NCBI GenBank assembly: GCA_003009755.1
Contig: PXUB01000035.1
Location: 1-27,354, forward strand
Length of the DNA: 27,354 nucleotides
Direction: 5' to 3'
DNA from: Thermoplasmatales archaeon SW_10_69_26
GTDB lineage: Archaea > Thermoplasmatota > SW-10-69-26
The notes below the pieces were generated by a model. It did not search any database. It was given only the letters and a program-made list of their open reading frames with translations, and was not told where the DNA came from. Positions 1-8,701 of this stretch are shown piece by piece. The position numbers and the translations under genes were made by a program. Within the stretch, counting starts at the first letter, position 1. Each line of letters begins with the position of its first letter.

Positions 1-1
1 G

Positions 2-956
2 GCGAGCCTCTCGCGGGCCTTCGACCGCGCCGGCACGTTCCACGTCAGCGTCGTCACGCCCCTCCCAGGCGAGGAGGCGTTCCAGCCGGTGGCCCCACGG
101 ACGCGATCGAGGTCGAGGAGGGTCCGCCCTCGCCCGGGGCGCCGGTCGACCAGCCCCTCGTCAACGAGCGCGAGGCTCCAGCTCCGGGGACTACGAGCTG
201 TTCGGCACCTACGACCCCTACACCAGCGTGGGTCCCCACGGTCGCCTGCGGTTGGGCATGGTGACAGTGAACGCGACCACGCACGCGCCGGTGCCCGACG
301 TCGACTACCGGGCCTCGGTGCTCGATCCCGAGGGCGAGCTCGTGTTCCAGGCCAGCGGGTTGGCTGGCGCCGACGGGTTCGAGTACGTGACGACCAGCCG
401 GGCACAGACCGGCGAGTGCACGATGAGGGTCGACGCCATCAAGGACGGTTGGCGGGATCACGTCGAGCTGTCGTTCACGGTCGTCCCGCCGGCTGCGGCC
501 ACGAACGGGGGCCCGCTGTTCGTGTCGCCGAACGCGAGCGCGAGCCTCGAAACCGGTCAACCGGCTCGGTTCCCGATCGCGGCCGAGGATGGCGCCGGCG
601 CGCCGTTGACGCACGGCGAGGTCGATGTGCGTCTCCTGGACGAGCGCGGCGTGCCCTCGTTCGTCGGCAAGCTGCACGTGCACGAGAACGGGGCGCTGCC
701 GCTCACGGTCTCGCCGGTCGCCGAGGGCGAGCACGAGCTGCAGCTTCTGCCGCAAAGCTTGCAGCCGGCGCCCACGCCCGCGACCTACGGTGAGGACGTC
801 GGGCAACCGCCGACGTTCGCGCTCGACGTGGCGGCGGCGGGCGACCAGGCGGTGCCGTTGGGGGCCGACAGCGCCGAGCTGGAGCCCGACGAGACGCCGG
901 CGGCCGGCGCTTGGCTGGGCCTGGCGGTGCTGGCGCTGACGGCGGCGGCACCGTGA
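2..956 (+). pseudogene. 3' part of a large secreted/surface protein with a C-terminal membrane anchor; frameshifted and probably 3'-truncated
   Basis: Protein-like reading switches frame twice: frame 2 (ASLSRAFDRAGTFHVSVVTPLPGEEAFQPV), frame 1 from ~97 (TDAIEVEEGPPSPGAPVDQPLVNERE), frame 3 from ~180 (SSGDYELFGTYDPYTSVGPHGRL...). Ends ETPAAGAWLGLAVLALTAAAP* with no basic tail. Start lies outside the window. Confidence 0.6.
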
Positions 957-1473
957 ACTCGACCGACTGCGCCGGGCTGTCCTCGGCGAACACGCTCGCG
1001 GTCCAGTTGCCCGGCTCGATCGTCTGTGGGTCCGTGACCGGCTGGACGATCGGGCTGTCGCCGCTGGTGCTCTCCGGCGGGCAATCCTCGTTGAACCCGG
1101 CATCGCACGTCTCGAACGGGATGTCCATGTCGAAGAACATCGACGTGTCCGCGTCCCAGACGACCTCGGCCTGGATCGCCGTCGTCTCCCCGGAGACGTT
1201 GAATTCGAAGCTCGAGGATCCGCAGTCGAGGTAGCACACCGGTCCGAGGCCAGGCACGGTCCGCCCCTGGACGCTTCCGTTGTGCCAGGCGACCGTCACG
1301 TTGAGGCCCGAGTCCTCGGGCTGGACCTCGGTCCCGTTCGTCTGCGTCTCGTTGGATCCCTCGGAGGGGTCCTGGGAGGCCGCTTGGGCGTCCTCGCCGC
1401 TGTCGCCCATGCATCCGGCGAGCCCGGCGGTCACCAGCAGGAGGCCAACGATCCACGCTCGCGAAGCGGTCAT
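950..1473 (-). pseudogene. Small 4-Cys lipoprotein, paralog 1, C-terminally truncated
   Basis: Signal peptide with lipobox LAGC, acidic linker, WHNGSVQG, CYLDC, C-x7-CPP, GNWT; GGAGG and TTAAG upstream. Similarity to its paralogs stops at SVEFTV (~950); the ORF then reads through the opposite gene to a stop at 703. Confidence 0.7.
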
Positions 1474-1533
1474 CGCCTCCTCGTTCCCCCAGGCGGGCTT
1501 AACGGTTCCCGATGCGAGATGAAACCGCGGCTC

Positions 1534-2103
1534 TCACGGGGCGGGGGCCTTCGTGTAGCCGGTGGGGACGCTGTCGCCGGTGAACTCGCTCACGACGACG
1601 GTCACGTCCACGCTCTGGTCGGGGGTGTCGCGCGGCCAGATCTCGAGGTTCCACTCGCCGCCGGGGACCTGGGTCGGGCGGACGGTCAGCGAGCTTTGAC
1701 CGGTCGCGTCCTCGGGAGCGCAGTCGTCGTTGGCGGTGTTGAACTCGCAGTCGTCGCCAGGCGCGTTGACGCCCAGGCGCATGCTGGCCGAGGTCTCCCA
1801 GAACGCCTCGACGAGCAGCGCACCGGTCCCGTTGGGGACCTCGTGGGTCCACTCGTGCGTGTCGCAGGGGTAGCAGTACTCGCCCAGGCCGGGGATGTTG
1901 TTGCCCTGGACAGTCGCGTTGAACCAGGTGGTGTTGATCTGCGGGCCCTCGGGCTCGGTGACGTCGGTCTCGTTCGTCTCGTTCGCCGGCTCGTCCAGGT
2001 CCGTCGACGAGGGATCGACCGCGTCGTCGCTGGCGTCGTCGCCCATGCATCCCGCCAGGCCGGCGGTGAGGAGCAGGACCGCGAGGATCGTCGTCCGCTG
2101 CAT
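1534..2103 (-). CDS. Small 4-Cys lipoprotein, paralog 2 (unknown function)
   Basis: MQRTTILAVLLLTAGLAGC lipobox; WFNATVQG, CYPC, VEAFW, C-x8-CAP, GEWNLEIW. Confidence 0.85.
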   Translation of the reverse strand: MQRTTILAVLLLTAGLAGCMGDDASDDAVDPSSTDLDEPANETNETDVTEPEGPQINTTWFNATVQGNNIPGLGEYCYPCDTHEWTHEVPNGTGALLVEAFWETSASMRLGVNAPGDDCEFNTANDDCAPEDATGQSSLTVRPTQVPGGEWNLEIWPRDTPDQSVDVTVVVSEFTGDSVPTGYTKAPAP

Positions 2104-2162
2104 CGGAGGCCTATCGCGGTCGGGCACCTAAGCTTGTCGTGCCCATCTCTTGGCCAGGGCGC

Positions 2163-2771
2163 CTACCCAGTCGGCACCTTGGACCACTGCCGCGGTGGGT
2201 CCTCGGCCGCGAACACGCCGACGACCATCGTGACCTCGGCCGGCCTGTTGGGGTTGTTCTCGGGCCACGCGGAGAAGGACCAGTCGCCGGCGTGCAGGTC
2301 GGCCGGGTTCGTGATCCGGAACTCCACCGGGCTCGAGCCGGTCTTGGTGTCCGGTTGGCAGTCGTTGTCGGAGGGGAAGTTCGTCTCGCAGGCCTCGGAG
2401 GGCACGTCGAGGTCCACGTCGAGCTGGACGTCGGCCTCCCAGAAGGCCTGGGCGACGATCATCGTGGTCTCGTTCGTGGCGTTGAACTCCATGCCGTTGT
2501 CTTGGCAGGGGTTGCAAAGCCAACCGAGGACGGGCAGGTCCTGGCCGCCGACGGTCGCGTTCTGCCAGTGGATCTCGGGCTGGGGGCCGGTCTCCGCCGA
2601 CGCGCCGGTCGTCTCGTTGGCGGTCCCGTTCGTCCGGTTGGTCTCCGAGGCGAAGGGGTCGTCGCTGCTGGCGGTCTCGGCGTCGGTCCCCTCGTCGCCG
2701 CCGAGGCCCAGGCAGCCTCCCAGGGCAGCCGCGAGGAGGATCGTGGCGGCGAAGAGCGCTCGTGTTCGCAC
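2163..2771 (-). CDS. Small 4-Cys lipoprotein, paralog 3 (unknown function)
   Basis: GTG start preceded by GGAGG; VRTRALFAATILLAAALGGC; WQNATVGG, CNPC, AQAFW, C-x9-CQP, GDWSFSAW. Confidence 0.85.
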   Translation of the reverse strand: MRTRALFAATILLAAALGGCLGLGGDEGTDAETASSDDPFASETNRTNGTANETTGASAETGPQPEIHWQNATVGGQDLPVLGWLCNPCQDNGMEFNATNETTMIVAQAFWEADVQLDVDLDVPSEACETNFPSDNDCQPDTKTGSSPVEFRITNPADLHAGDWSFSAWPENNPNRPAEVTMVVGVFAAEDPPRQWSKVPTG

Positions 2772-2894
2772 GGGGAAGCCTCCAGCTGGGAGTCGCGTTC
2801 TGGCGTCATAAGCTCTGGGATGGCGGCTCGTGGCCGACCGTGGCTTGCGAGGGCGGGACAACCCTTGAAGGGTGGGAGGGGATTGGCGCAGGCG

Positions 2895-4046
2895 ATGGAC
2901 TTCGAGCTCAGCCCGCAGCAGGAGCAGATCAAGAAGGCGGCCCGCCAGTTCGCGGAGGAGCACTTCCCCGACCACGCCCGCGAGATGGACGAGGAGGAGG
3001 CCTACCCGCACGAGCTCGTGCAGCGCGCCGCCAAGCAGGGGTTCGTCGGGGCGACGCTGCCTCAAGAGTACGGCGGGGCCGGCGTGGATCTGCTGACGAG
3101 CGTGCTCGTGGCCGAGGAGTTCAACGCCGTCGATCCCGGGCTGGCCGGCGCGATCGGCAGCGTCGACTTCGGGACCGAGGCCATCCTGCAGCTGGGCACC
3201 GAGGACCAGCAACAGCGGTTCCTGTCGGGTGTGGCCGAGGCTGAGACGATCACGGGGGCCGCGATCAGCGAACCCGAGGCCGGCTCCGACGTGGCCGGCG
3301 CCACCTGTCGGGCCGAGAGGGACGGCGACGAGTTCGTCGTCAACGGCACGAAGATGTGGATCACGAACGGGACCGTGCTCGACCACATGGTCACGCTCGT
3401 GATGACCGACCCGGAGGCCGAGGACCGACACGATCGGCACTCGCTTTTGGTGATCCCATCGGAGGCGGAGGGCTTCACGGCGAACAAGATCACCGGCAAG
3501 CTGGGGATCCGCGCCTCCGACACGGCCGAGATCCAGCTCGACGACGTGCGCGTGCCGGAGGAGAACCTGCTCGGCGAGCCCGGCGAGGGCTTCGGCTACA
3601 TCATGAGCTTCTTCAACGAGGCCCGGATCGGCGTCGCCGCCCAGGGCGTCGGGATCGCGAAGGGCTGCATCGAGATGGCGCGCGACTACGCGACCCAGCG
3701 CCGCCAGTTCGGGCAACCGATCGCCAACTTCCAGGCGATCCAGTTCAAGCTCGCCGAGATGGCGACGAAGGCCGAGGCCGCCCGATTGATGACGTACAAG
3801 GCCGCCCGCCACTGCGACGAGGGCCAGCCCGTGCCCGAGATGTCGAGCAAGGCCAAGTGGTACGCCGGCGAGACCGCCGTCGAGTGCGCCGACGAGTGCG
3901 TGCAGATCCACGGCGGCAGCGGCTACGTGAAGGAGATGGACGCCGAGCGCTTCTACCGCGACGCGAAGATCACCGAGGTCTACGAGGGCACCAAGGAGAT
4001 CCACAAGCTCATCATCGCGCGCGGCCTGCTCGACCAGATCGGGTGA
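2895..4046 (+). CDS. acd: Acyl-CoA dehydrogenase
   Basis: MDFELSPQQ start; AISEPEAGSD, NGTKMWITNG, KLGIRASDT, RRQFGQPI, QIHGGSGY, YEGTKEIH motifs. Confidence 0.95.
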   Translation: MDFELSPQQEQIKKAARQFAEEHFPDHAREMDEEEAYPHELVQRAAKQGFVGATLPQEYGGAGVDLLTSVLVAEEFNAVDPGLAGAIGSVDFGTEAILQLGTEDQQQRFLSGVAEAETITGAAISEPEAGSDVAGATCRAERDGDEFVVNGTKMWITNGTVLDHMVTLVMTDPEAEDRHDRHSLLVIPSEAEGFTANKITGKLGIRASDTAEIQLDDVRVPEENLLGEPGEGFGYIMSFFNEARIGVAAQGVGIAKGCIEMARDYATQRRQFGQPIANFQAIQFKLAEMATKAEAARLMTYKAARHCDEGQPVPEMSSKAKWYAGETAVECADECVQIHGGSGYVKEMDAERFYRDAKITEVYEGTKEIHKLIIARGLLDQIG

Positions 4047-4108
4047 GGCTCGAGCCAGCTGTGGCCATCCCCCAAACGTCTTCGTCCCGCGGAGGTCATC
4101 GTCCCCCG

Positions 4109-5143
4109 ATGGTTCCCCGGCCCTGGTTGGTGGCGGTGCTCCTGGTGGCAGCCTCGGCGCTGGCTCCCCTCGGTCAGGCCGAGCATCCGGCCGAGGAGGT
4201 GACGCTCGTCGTCGTGGACGGGCCACGACACGATCTCGCCTTCGACCGCGAGGGCCCGATGCAGCCGCTCTACGAGGCGCCCGGTGTCACGTTCGCGAAC
4301 GACACGTGGACGGCGGGTCCGGCCAAGACCGTGCCGGGCCACGCCGCCTTGCTCTCTGGCAAGGCGCAGCCGGTCGCCAACGACGGCTCCCAGCGCCCCG
4401 AGGAGCCGCTCGTGTGGGACCAACTGGCCGAGGACCGCGGCTGGGGCGCCGATGAGATGCGCTGGCTGTACCAGAAGGACAAGCTGGTGGTGGTCGCCAG
4501 CGATCACGCCGGCGGCGGCCGGGTCGCCGGGGGACCGCCGGACGAAGCCATGCTCGAGGCGCTCGAGGCGAACACCAGCCAGGCGCAGGCTCGCCTGGTC
4601 GTGGCCGCGTTCGCCCGGCCCGACGACACCGGGCACGAGGGGGATTGGTCGGCGCATCGGGCCTCGCTGGCCACGATCGCGGAGGGGATCGCGCCGTTGC
4701 TCGAGCAGGCTGGCGAGGACGAGCTGGTCGTCGTCACAGCCGACCACGCTCGCTACTGCCAGGAGCCCGACGATCACGGCCGCGTGGGCCCGCTGGGCGC
4801 CGTGGACGAGTGCGATGCGCACGTGCCGCTGTGGGTCGCCGGCTGGCACACGCGGTCGAACGCGACCGTGGACGCGTGCCTGACGCAAGCCGACGTGGGC
4901 GTGCTCGTCGCCGAGGCGGCGGGGGCCGGCCTTCCCGAAGCCGAGGGGGCCTTCCCCGAGCCGCTGGTGAACAGCTCCGCGGCGTGGCCCGGGCAGGGAT
5001 GCCCGCCCGAGCGCGGCGGGGGCCCGCTGGGGGTGCCCGGCCCGGGGCTGGCGCCGATCGTGATCTCGGCCGCGATCGCTGCGGTGCTCCGCCGGTCAGC
5101 TCGAGCTGCCGTTGGCGGGCAGCGCGGAGTACCCTTGGGGTAG
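4109..5143 (+). CDS. Secreted alkaline-phosphatase-superfamily (phosphodiesterase/metalloenzyme-like) protein with a C-terminal sorting signal
   Basis: Signal peptide; VVVDG, KTVPGHAALLSG (Thr nucleophile position), PDDTGH, VVVTADH, HVPL; C-terminal VPGPG + hydrophobic helix + RR. Confidence 0.8.
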   Translation: MVPRPWLVAVLLVAASALAPLGQAEHPAEEVTLVVVDGPRHDLAFDREGPMQPLYEAPGVTFANDTWTAGPAKTVPGHAALLSGKAQPVANDGSQRPEEPLVWDQLAEDRGWGADEMRWLYQKDKLVVVASDHAGGGRVAGGPPDEAMLEALEANTSQAQARLVVAAFARPDDTGHEGDWSAHRASLATIAEGIAPLLEQAGEDELVVVTADHARYCQEPDDHGRVGPLGAVDECDAHVPLWVAGWHTRSNATVDACLTQADVGVLVAEAAGAGLPEAEGAFPEPLVNSSAAWPGQGCPPERGGGPLGVPGPGLAPIVISAAIAAVLRRSARAAVGGQRGVPLG

Positions 5144-5698
5144 TTGGCCCTCCTCGACGACGGTGGCCACGATCGTGGGCTCGATCTGGGCCGTCGTCGT
5201 CTCGTCGACCCAGATCTCGGCCGACCAGGTCCCGGTGTGGTTCGTGCGTTCGCCCTCGAAGGTCAACGCCAGCGGGCTGGCCCCGTCGGTGTTGTCGCTG
5301 GGGGTGCAGATCTCCCCGAGGAGGGGGAAACTCTCGCAGTTGGGGCCGCTGACGTTGAACCACGCGTTGGCGTCGGCCTCCCAGGCGGCCTCGACGACGA
5401 TCGCCTGAGCGCCCTCGGCGACCTCGAACTCCATCGTGTTCTCGCACGCGGAGGTCGGTGTACAGTAGTAGCCGTCGGAGGGGATCGATCCGCCCTCGAT
5501 CGAGCCGTTGAACCAGGTCCTCGTCAGCTCCTGCATCGGCTCATCGGGTTCGTCGGTCGCGTTGGGCTCGGTCTCGTTGGGGTCCTCGTCCAAGCCCTGG
5601 GGATCGGTCGCCCCGTCGTCCCCGTCGCCGATGCAGCCCGCCATCCCGGCCGTGACGAGCAGGATGGCGACGATGAGCGTGCGCGCGTGTGCGGACAT
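5096..5698 (-). CDS. Small 4-Cys lipoprotein, paralog 4 (unknown function)
   Basis: MSAHARTLIVAILLVTAGMAGC; WFNGSIEG, CTPTSAC, VEAAW, C-x9-CTP, GTWSAEIW; alternative start at 5701. Confidence 0.85.
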   Translation of the reverse strand: MSAHARTLIVAILLVTAGMAGCIGDGDDGATDPQGLDEDPNETEPNATDEPDEPMQELTRTWFNGSIEGGSIPSDGYYCTPTSACENTMEFEVAEGAQAIVVEAAWEADANAWFNVSGPNCESFPLLGEICTPSDNTDGASPLALTFEGERTNHTGTWSAEIWVDETTTAQIEPTIVATVVEEGQLPQGYSALPANGSSS

Positions 5699-5809
5699 CA
5701 TCGTTAGCCATGGCTTGGCGTCCTTCAAGAGCTTGGGCGTCACGCGGCGGACAACAAGGTACCTCGGCCCCTGGCTGCGGGCGTCCGACCGACTCCTCCC
5801 CCGACGGGC

Positions 5810-7015
5810 TCACGCCCGCGAGGCCATGACGATGGGCGCGGTGATGCCGTGAACGAGGATCGAGACGAGGACGACGAACCCGGCGAAGGCCCACAGCCGG
5901 TCGGCACCCACGAACCCCGTCTTGTTGATCGCGAACGACAGGTAGTAGAAGGAGCCGATCCCGCGGATGCCGAAGAACGCGATCGCGTTCCGCTCGGCAG
6001 GGTACCCGACGAGGCCCGCCACGCCTGCCAGCGGTCGGACGAGGAGCACGATCGCGAGGCCGACCGCCGCCGCCTCCCAGCTGAGCGAGGACAGCAGGCC
6101 CGCCCCGATCGCGCCGCCGAGCAGGATCAACAACAGAGCCATCAGGCTCCGCTCGATGGCCTCCGAGAAGTCGTGCATCTCGCGGTGGTACTGGTGTCGG
6201 CGCTCGTGGGCGCGGATCGCCGCGGCGGCCACGAACACGGCCAGGAACCCGTAGCCGCCGAGCAGCTCGGTCACCCCGTAGGCGAGCAGCGTGGCGGCCA
6301 ACGCCTCCACGCCCTGCATCGCCCGCTCCAGCTCCGTGTCGGCCGAGAACTCGAGCACGAACCGTGCCATCAGCTCGCCGATCGCCCACCCCGCCAGCAG
6401 GCCGACCGCGACCCGGTAGACGAGGTCGACGGCCAGCCAGTCGAGCAGCCAGTCCGAGGGGGCCAGCCCCTTCTCCGCGAGCGCGATGGCGAGGTAGGTG
6501 AACGGGAAGGCCAGCCCGTCGTTGAGGCCGGCTTCGCTGGTCAGGCCGAACCGGATCTCGTCGGCGGGGCCCTCCTCGGGGCGTTCGATCTGGACGTCGG
6601 CGGCGAGGACGGGGTCGGTGGGGGCGATCATGGCGCCGAGCAGCATCGCGGTCGGGACGGCCAAGCCCATCGCCCACCATCCGAGGAGCGCGGCCGCTGC
6701 GATCGTCAGCGGCATCGTGATCGCCAACAGGCGCCATGTCGTCTGCCAGGTCCGCCAGCCGGGGGCGCGCCCGATCTTGAGGCCGGCCCCCATGAGGGCG
6801 ACGATGACCCCGAGCTCGGTCAGGTGCTCGGTGATCGTCGGCTGTTCGAAGGGGTTCGGTGTGGGAAGGCCGAGAGGGAGACTGAAGACCAGGATGCCGA
6901 ACCCGACGTACACGATGGGGAACGCGATCGGTCGGCCCTCAAGCAACCGTGGGAGCGCGATCGCGCCCACGATGGCCAGCCCGACGACCACGAGCCCGAG
7001 CTCGTAGACGACCAC
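5810..7015 (-). CDS. CPA1/NhaP-type cation:proton antiporter
   Basis: Many hydrophobic segments; APTDPVLA, SEAGLNDG, LLVRPL, FFGIRGIGSFYYL, LVHG motifs. Confidence 0.92.
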   Translation of the reverse strand: MVVYELGLVVVGLAIVGAIALPRLLEGRPIAFPIVYVGFGILVFSLPLGLPTPNPFEQPTITEHLTELGVIVALMGAGLKIGRAPGWRTWQTTWRLLAITMPLTIAAAALLGWWAMGLAVPTAMLLGAMIAPTDPVLAADVQIERPEEGPADEIRFGLTSEAGLNDGLAFPFTYLAIALAEKGLAPSDWLLDWLAVDLVYRVAVGLLAGWAIGELMARFVLEFSADTELERAMQGVEALAATLLAYGVTELLGGYGFLAVFVAAAAIRAHERRHQYHREMHDFSEAIERSLMALLLILLGGAIGAGLLSSLSWEAAAVGLAIVLLVRPLAGVAGLVGYPAERNAIAFFGIRGIGSFYYLSFAINKTGFVGADRLWAFAGFVVLVSILVHGITAPIVMASRA

Positions 7016-7121
7016 GATCTGCCTCGCCCCCCGGCCTCTGCCGGGAGGTGTCGGTCAGCGGAGCCCGACGCCAAGTCCGCTTGGACGGCCTAGCTTGTGG
7101 GCGTCCACCGATCGATCGCTG

Positions 7122-8342
7122 CTAGCCCGCGAACGTCCAGACGTCCATGCCGCGCTCGCGGCCGACGCCGAAGGCCCAGCCGTGGTGGACCTGGACGTCG
7201 ACGACCTCGCCGACGGGGTCGTGGTCGACGACCTGGGGCGCGGTCACGTCGGCGAAGTCGATCGTGTAGGTGCCGCCGGAGAGGAACCCGACGACCATCT
7301 TGTCGCGGTCACCGACGATCTCGCCGAAGTGGGCGGTGCAGGAGCCGGTCTCGGCGCGCATCTCGCTGGCGGAGATCCAGCTTTGCGGGGTCGGCGCTTG
7401 CTCCTCGCTGACGTCGTAGAACCACAGGGCGCCGACGGGGTCGGTCGTCGTGCCGCCGGTGGCGGGGTTCTCGGCGCTGGCGCCGGCGCAGCCGTTGGCG
7501 GCGTCGCTGGCGGCGCCGGCGAGCTCGTCGCCGATGACGAGCGTGTCCCCGTCGTTGGCGGGGATCGCCCAGTGGTGGATGTTGATCGCCGGGTTGGCGA
7601 TCCGGGTGACGATCTCGGGCCGCTCGGGGTCGGCGATTTCCCAGATCTGGGTCTCCCGGACGCCGGCGCAGTAGGCCCGGTCGTCGGGCATGTGGAAGCT
7701 GATGTCGTGGCAGGTGAGGTCGTTGAACGTCCGCACGAGCTCGGGGTTGGCGGGGTCGCTGGCGTCGACGATGTCGACGCCGGGCGTGTCGACGGAGCGG
7801 GAGTTGTAGATAAGGTGCGTGCCGGGGACGACGGCGATGTTGTGGACGTTGCCGTCGTCGCCGCCGAGGACGTTGGCGACCTTCTCGGGGTTGGTGGGAT
7901 CGGTGACGTTGATGATGTCGATCCCGCTGCTCGTGGCGGCGTTGGCGACGAACGTGCGGCCGTCGTCGTAGTTGAGGACCCAGGGGTCGTGGCCGAACGT
8001 GTCGGCGACGTGGCCGAGGACCTCGGGTTGCATGGGGTCGGAGATGTCGACGGTGTAGAAGCCGGCGTTCCAGGCGGAGATGTAGGCCATCTCGCCCTGC
8101 ACGGCGATCTGGTAGGCGCTGTCCAGGCCCTCGTCGGGGCCCAGCGTGAGCTCGTGCTCGACGCCGGTGATCTCCCCGGGCAGCTCCCGGGCGAACGTGG
8201 GCTCGTCGGGCGACGTCTCGGGACCCTGCTCCTCGACGCTGGCCGTCTGGGCCTCGTCGAAGCCGATGCAGCCGGCCAGGGCCGGCGTGGCGAGGGTCAA
8301 GGCGATCGCCAGAGCCAACCAACGGCGAGCACGCGAGCTCAT
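7122..8342 (-). CDS. LVIVD-repeat beta-propeller lipoprotein, copy A
   Basis: Lipobox LAGC; repeated (V/I)D(I/V)SDP..PE units; VHN, CHD, HHW, CTAHFG. Confidence 0.85.
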   Translation of the reverse strand: MSSRARRWLALAIALTLATPALAGCIGFDEAQTASVEEQGPETSPDEPTFARELPGEITGVEHELTLGPDEGLDSAYQIAVQGEMAYISAWNAGFYTVDISDPMQPEVLGHVADTFGHDPWVLNYDDGRTFVANAATSSGIDIINVTDPTNPEKVANVLGGDDGNVHNIAVVPGTHLIYNSRSVDTPGVDIVDASDPANPELVRTFNDLTCHDISFHMPDDRAYCAGVRETQIWEIADPERPEIVTRIANPAINIHHWAIPANDGDTLVIGDELAGAASDAANGCAGASAENPATGGTTTDPVGALWFYDVSEEQAPTPQSWISASEMRAETGSCTAHFGEIVGDRDKMVVGFLSGGTYTIDFADVTAPQVVDHDPVGEVVDVQVHHGWAFGVGRERGMDVWTFAG

Positions 8343-8422
8343 CGTGCGAGCAGGCGTGGCAGGCCTTCAAAAGCGTTGCTGTCCGCGGGGTGGTCGGTCT
8401 CACCCGCACCGTCGGCTCTCCC

Positions 8423-8640
8423 GTGGGCCTTCACGCTCGTCCCTGGCTGTCCGCCGAGGCCTGGCTCCTCGACGAACCGGCCGGGGAGTGGATCTTGCTG
8501 GGTCGGCGCACGCCGGGAGCCGACGGACACCGGGTCGACGCTGGTCGAGAACGCGTCACGCTGGGGGACCAGGACCGGTTGCTCGTCACGATGGAGCCCG
8601 CCGAAGCCGACGCCGGCCGGTCGGGTCCCCCTCGGCGCCG
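8423..8640 (+). pseudogene. Possible gene remnant resembling an RskA-type (anti-sigma-K C-terminal) domain
   Basis: Translation AEAWLLDEPAGEWILLGR...DRLLVTMEPAEADAGRSG resembles the YExWL...LG...VTxEP...PSG pattern; no proper start or stop. Recognised by eye only. Confidence 0.3.
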
Positions 8641-8701
8641 TCGAAGCCAGCTCGCTGTTCGACGTGTCCACGCCCGCCCTCGCCCGCGAGGCCGCCCGTC
8701 G

